From: Fibrobacteria bacterium
GTDB taxonomy: Bacteria > Fibrobacterota > Chitinivibrionia > Chitinivibrionales > FEN-1185
Assembly: GCA_037447435.1 (NCBI GenBank)
Contig: JBBIGR010000010.1
Coordinates: forward strand, 51,951 to 115,950
DNA length: 64,000 bases
Reading direction: 5' to 3'
This document shows positions 60,090 through 64,000 of this stretch, in pieces (within the stretch, counting starts at the first letter, position 1; each line of letters opens with the position of its first letter). The position numbers and the translations under genes were made by a program. The notes beneath the pieces are model-generated. The model searched no databases. It was not told where the DNA came from and was given only the letters and a program-made list of their open reading frames with translations.

Positions 60090-60887
60090 ATGGACATTGT
60101 ATCTGCAGTAATTTTAGGCCTTGTGGAGGGCATTACGGAATTCCTTCCGATTAGCAGTACGGGGCATTTGCTTATAGCGGAAAGTCTTTTAAAAGTTCGC
60201 CAAAGCGATGCGTTTAATGTTTGCATTCAAATCGGACCGATCGTGGCGGTTGTCCTCGTATTTTTTAAGGATATTGTCGGGTTGCTTGCCGGGTTTATTA
60301 ATGGTAAAACACGGTCGGAATGCATAAAGCTGATAGCTTGTTTCGTGATTACCGGTATTTTGGGTTTGGCTGCAAAAAAACTGGGATTGAAATTGCCGGA
60401 AACAATTTTGCCGGTAGCAATTGCTACGTTTGTCGGCGGTATCGTTATCTTTTGGGCCGAGCGCATCGTAAAAGGCAAAACGCTTTCCGATACTATTACC
60501 TGGCCGATTGTTTTTGCCGTTGCAATCGGTCAAATTCTGGCAGCTGTTTTTCCCGGAACATCTCGTTCCGGAGCAGCAATTATTGCGGCATTATTGCTTG
60601 GCCTTGCTCGTCCAGCCGCTGTTCGTTTTGCATTTTTAGTTGGGATCCCGACCATGTTTGCTGCCGGAGCCTTGCAAATAAAAGAAGCAATTTCTGCCGG
60701 TGCTGCGCATGAGCTTACGGCATCAACATCCATTATAGCTTTTCTGGTTGCGACAATCAGTGCCTGGCTTGCGGTAATGTGGTTGCTACGTTTTGTACAA
60801 CGTCAAACTTTTATAGGTTTTGCTTGGTATCGGGTTATTTTGGGTGGAGTTCTTATTACCTTGATTGCAATGGGGTATATGGTGTAA
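60090..60887 (+). CDS. uppP: Undecaprenyl-diphosphate phosphatase
   Basis: LGLVEGITEFLPISSTGHL, PGTSRSGA, FAWYR. Confidence 0.96.
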   Translation: MDIVSAVILGLVEGITEFLPISSTGHLLIAESLLKVRQSDAFNVCIQIGPIVAVVLVFFKDIVGLLAGFINGKTRSECIKLIACFVITGILGLAAKKLGLKLPETILPVAIATFVGGIVIFWAERIVKGKTLSDTITWPIVFAVAIGQILAAVFPGTSRSGAAIIAALLLGLARPAAVRFAFLVGIPTMFAAGALQIKEAISAGAAHELTASTSIIAFLVATISAWLAVMWLLRFVQRQTFIGFAWYRVILGGVLITLIAMGYMV

Positions 60888-60937
60888 TTATTACACTTAA
60901 AATCATATAAATAGCACAAAGGGTGTAATAATTACCC
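60881..60937. repeat. Two copies of GGTGTAAT(T/A)ATTAC; the pair is also a 13-bp inverted repeat
   Basis: 60881 GGTGTAATTATTACAC and 60922 GGTGTAATAATTACCC; the first copy includes the uppP stop codon. Confidence 0.75.
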
Positions 60938-60972
60938 GGATTTTTGCTGATAATAAAATGAGTTTTAATAAA

Positions 60973-62163
60973 TCAAAGCCCCTTTAGCTTATATAAGGGG
61001 CTTATTATTTTGCTGTTTTGCGAACTAGAGACATGTTTATAGATTTCGGTAGTTTTAATATTGGCATGTCCCATTACTTTTTGCAATTGTCGTATTCCAA
61101 TGCCTTGGTCCAAAAGATGGGTTGCGAAAGAGTGCCTGAGGCAATGAATTCCTCCTTGCTTTTGAATGCCGGCTTTCAACAATGCATTGTCATAAATTTT
61201 CTCAATGCTTCTTTTTGACAAAACCTTTCCAGGTTTTTGACCCTCAAACACAAAAACGCTTTTATTTTTTTTTGAAAGGTATTTTTTTAAATGAAATCCC
61301 AATGTTTCATCTAGCGGTACCAGTCGTTCCTTGCGAGCCTTGCCACGGATTTTAATTTGTTCCTCATTCCACATAATATCTGCAGTTTTAAGATGCATTA
61401 TTTCAGACAATGTTAATCCGCATCCATAGGCGAGCATGAGCACGCTTTTATGCTTTTCATTGCTTACAGCCGAAAGTATGCAGGAAATTTCTTCCAGAGA
61501 ATAAATATGCGGTACCGATCGTTTTAACTTGATTCTAGGCAAATGGGAAATTGCGGTAGGGGATTGGATAACATGGCAATAGAAAAAGGTTATTGCCGCC
61601 GCAGCCAAATTTACGGTGCGAACCGAGAGTTTTTTTATTTCTCTTAATTCGTGAAGATATGTTTCTATGAGGATTTTATCCGAAGGCATCGGCTTACATT
61701 TTACATTGTCCAAATACTGTTTCACGGCGTCGAAATACGTGGACTCGGCATTAGAGGAAAAATGGTTGATTGATAATTGGCCCGACAATCTCTTCAGCAT
61801 GATCTCACGTTTACTAAGCCAGACATTCGATATTGCGGTGATTCTGTCTGCCGATTCTTTTGGAAAGTCTATAGCCAGAGATTCATAAAGGAGCAAAAGA
61901 CCTTGATGGACAAATTTAAATTGCGGAACACCGGTTTCAAAAGAGCGCTCTAAGAAAGCCCGGATTATGCGAATATCCATAAGTTTCGGATGCTTGGAGC
62001 TTTCGGTAAACAAGGGCTTGACGCTTTGGCATAATAAGGCGGATGTTTCGAAGCTGTAACCGAATTTTGCCGCGTGTTCAGCGATGTAGCTTAACCATAA
62101 ATCAACCCATTGCGAGTGGATTTTAGGACGTTCCTTATCGGGTACTATGAGGACGGAATGCAT
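60973..62163 (-). CDS. Tyrosine recombinase/integrase with N-terminal SAM-like domain(s); box-I Arg replaced by Thr
   Basis: YGCGLTLSE, RGKARKER, HCLRHSFATHLL, MGHANIKTTEIY. ATG at 62163 (alternative TTG at 62199). Confidence 0.9.
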   Translation of the reverse strand: MHSVLIVPDKERPKIHSQWVDLWLSYIAEHAAKFGYSFETSALLCQSVKPLFTESSKHPKLMDIRIIRAFLERSFETGVPQFKFVHQGLLLLYESLAIDFPKESADRITAISNVWLSKREIMLKRLSGQLSINHFSSNAESTYFDAVKQYLDNVKCKPMPSDKILIETYLHELREIKKLSVRTVNLAAAAITFFYCHVIQSPTAISHLPRIKLKRSVPHIYSLEEISCILSAVSNEKHKSVLMLAYGCGLTLSEIMHLKTADIMWNEEQIKIRGKARKERLVPLDETLGFHLKKYLSKKNKSVFVFEGQKPGKVLSKRSIEKIYDNALLKAGIQKQGGIHCLRHSFATHLLDQGIGIRQLQKVMGHANIKTTEIYKHVSSSQNSKIISPLYKLKGL

Positions 62164-62223
62164 ACGGTAAATATGCGACACGCAAAGGGACGTTTGCAAG
62201 AAATACGGAAGATAAGAGAGATT

Positions 62224-63789
62224 TTACTCAAATGACGAATGCGTTGGGGCTTTTTCACGGGCTTCCTGAGCGCTGTCTATGCCCATAGAAGCTTCGAAAT
62301 TCGTCGGACTTATTTTTAGAACCTCATTATAACGTTTGATGGCATCGTCATACGAGCCGATGTTCATATAAAGTCTTGCATTTTGCAACAATTCCGCGAT
62401 TTTCTTTGTTTTTTCTTCTTCCGTCATTGATTTTGGCGACGAGAAAATAATCGGTTTTGATTGCACTTTCGCCTTTTGTAACATTTTTTGTTCTATCGTC
62501 GACGGTGTTGTTTGCGGCATTGTTCCACTCATTTTCGGAGACGTGAGCGAGTCCGTTTTTCTTCCGTCGGCTAATGATTTAAATGGTTTGGAACTTGCAT
62601 TAAGGTCTTTATGGTTGATCGCATGGAGAATCACAGCGGTAAATCCGCCTAATAGTATCGTAAGCGGAACCGTAATCATTGCAATGATCGAAAGTATTTG
62701 CCTAAGGTTCTTTCGCTTAACCGTTTTCAATCGAGAACCGCAATTCATGCAAAAATTCGCATCCTTATTGTTTTTACTGCCGCAATACGGACAATAAAGG
62801 AATTTGAATAAAACCATTTGGGAGGGTGATTTTTTTTGAGTATGTTCGGTTTCAGAAATGATTTTCGGAATAACCGGTGCGTCGAGCATGGCCTTTTCAA
62901 CAGGTTGAAATATTCTTTTTTCATCATGAACAACGGGCGATTCGATTATTACGATAGTATCCGCAGTTTGGTGACTGTTTTTTTTCTGTGGGCGTTTAGG
63001 TGGCAAAGCGACTGAGGGAGTGACTGTTTCGTCCGGCAAAGTAACATGAAGTGATTTATTCTCTTTTGTATTTGAACCGCTGATAGCAAGATCCGGACTT
63101 ACTTGTGATGATTCGTCAGTATTGGTATCAAGGATGACGATGTTCTCCATTACCTGTTTTTGGGAAGAAATTAATTCTTGGTCTACAGCCTTTGTGTCGG
63201 AACCGTGAATGTCCTGATTCGGAATTTCGAGCTTAATTTCAGAGGTAGGTTCCATTGGCTGCTGTTCTTTAGGCAAATCGGGCCAGATAATTTTAAGTTC
63301 TATCGTTGTTGGCGACAAGGGTAAAATGTTTTTATTACGCATTGCCCATTTCGCTGCTTCGGCATTTATTGGGTTTTCAGTGTCATATTCATTGAAAACG
63401 ATCATGTTCCCAATATGGACGACCAGGGCGACCAGCGAGGGACTTTTTTTCCAAAAGCCGTTAATATCTATACTGTCCTGAGAAAAATTGGGATGATAAA
63501 CAGGCGACAGGCTTTTACATAAAGGCATTTCGAGCGGATATGCCGGCGGCAATGAAATTTCAATACTATGCTCTTGTTTCGATTCAATTGATTTTCCTGT
63601 TTGGTGTAATCCATCTAATTTGTAAACAAGAATGTATTTGTCGGGGGGAGTTCCGCTTGTTTCAGAAACCGATATAAAAGGATGTGAAGCAAATTGAGCA
63701 GTCATGGCCAAAGAATCGGAACGCAATTGTTCCGGTCTGTTTACATTTATTTTAGCGGCGGGATGCTTTTTTTTAAATAATAATGCCAT
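62224..63789 (-). CDS. E2 (UBC)-fold domain + low-complexity linker + Zn ribbon + TM + TPR protein
   Basis: GTPPDKY, IEISLPPAYPLEMP, PVYHPN, W, P.N.EAA; CPYC...FCMNCG; hydrophobic helix; C-terminal TPR YDDAIKRYNEVLKISP. Confidence 0.8.
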   Translation of the reverse strand: MALLFKKKHPAAKINVNRPEQLRSDSLAMTAQFASHPFISVSETSGTPPDKYILVYKLDGLHQTGKSIESKQEHSIEISLPPAYPLEMPLCKSLSPVYHPNFSQDSIDINGFWKKSPSLVALVVHIGNMIVFNEYDTENPINAEAAKWAMRNKNILPLSPTTIELKIIWPDLPKEQQPMEPTSEIKLEIPNQDIHGSDTKAVDQELISSQKQVMENIVILDTNTDESSQVSPDLAISGSNTKENKSLHVTLPDETVTPSVALPPKRPQKKNSHQTADTIVIIESPVVHDEKRIFQPVEKAMLDAPVIPKIISETEHTQKKSPSQMVLFKFLYCPYCGSKNNKDANFCMNCGSRLKTVKRKNLRQILSIIAMITVPLTILLGGFTAVILHAINHKDLNASSKPFKSLADGRKTDSLTSPKMSGTMPQTTPSTIEQKMLQKAKVQSKPIIFSSPKSMTEEEKTKKIAELLQNARLYMNIGSYDDAIKRYNEVLKISPTNFEASMGIDSAQEAREKAPTHSSFE

Positions 63790-63830
63790 GATGACCTAGA
63801 AAAGTATATCGAACTTACAGGATGTGCTAC

Positions 63831-63983
63831 TAAATAAAAAATTAGGCCCCTAATATCTTTAAGTGTATTATTATCCCATTAAAATTGCAAAAAGAAGAAA
63901 AAAATAAGAAAAAAAAAGGGTTCGCCCCTGCGAACCCTTTACGTACTATTTTTACCGATTGAGGTAAATGAAAAATTAGGCCC
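63831..63983. repeat. 19-bp direct repeat (18/19 identical)
   Basis: TAAATAAAAAATTAGGCCC at 63831-63849 and TAAATGAAAAATTAGGCCC at 63965-63983. Confidence 0.75.
63909..63940 (-). terminator. Intrinsic terminator (minus strand)
   Basis: AAAGGGTTCGC / GCGAACCCTTT stem with a long U-tract on the minus strand. Confidence 0.85.
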
Positions 63984-64000
63984 GCTGTACGAATTCGCCT
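63976..64000 (-). CDS. 3' tip of a gene running off the window, possibly elongation factor P
   Basis: Minus strand reads ...GEFVQRA*, resembling the EF-P end (TGEY..RA); followed by the terminator. Only 7 codons are visible. Confidence 0.35.

Noticed and set aside
60881..60937. dif site
   Set aside because: Does not fit the 11-6-11 layout with a TTATGTTAAAT-like XerD arm.
60973..62199. Integron integrase / integron
   Set aside because: The IntI-specific insertion before box II is absent, and I saw no attC-like cassette array nearby.
62224..63789. CBASS/Bil-type ubiquitin-like defence operon
   Set aside because: No E1, JAB, ubiquitin-like or cyclase gene is adjacent, and the E2 catalytic Cys is missing.
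1..64000. tRNA, rRNA, CRISPR arrays, IS elements
   Set aside because: None recognised; intergenic gaps are short and lack periodic repeats or transposase ORFs.

Overview
64-kb bacterial chromosomal window of mostly housekeeping and envelope genes. The lineage is inferred to be Fibrobacterota (probably Chitinivibrionia-like) from a TIGR02147-type C-terminus at the left edge, a T9SS-like sorting tail, a homodimeric-type GlyRS and many TPR/lipoprotein genes. Contents in order: PIN-PhoH ATPase, flavodoxin, an M16 peptidase pair, a divergent aroC, purH-topA-trmFO, tolQ-R-A-B-cpoB with no pal, a beta-barrel/TPR fusion, a Wzi-like protein, rsmA with an uncharacterised OMP and two lipoproteins, a dispersed surface-polysaccharide set (flippase, two GT4, WbqC, MBOAT, AlgX-like, acyltransferase-3), nth/amrS, HD-GYP, purC-glyS-ddl-tsaB, an MCP with a stand-alone PDC protein, a giant acyl-CoA dehydratase activase, HAD plus a giant TPR protein, and purD-purE-tsaC-uppP. 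The most unusual part is the right end (60.9-63.8 kb). It holds a membrane-anchored ubiquitin-conjugating (E2)-fold protein lacking the catalytic Cys (E2 - linker - Zn ribbon - TM - TPR), followed by a tyrosine recombinase whose box-I Arg is Thr. Short near-perfect duplications of the neighbouring genes' 3' ends lie on both sides. I recognised no rRNA, tRNA or CRISPR array. All family calls come from reading motifs by eye; no database search was run.
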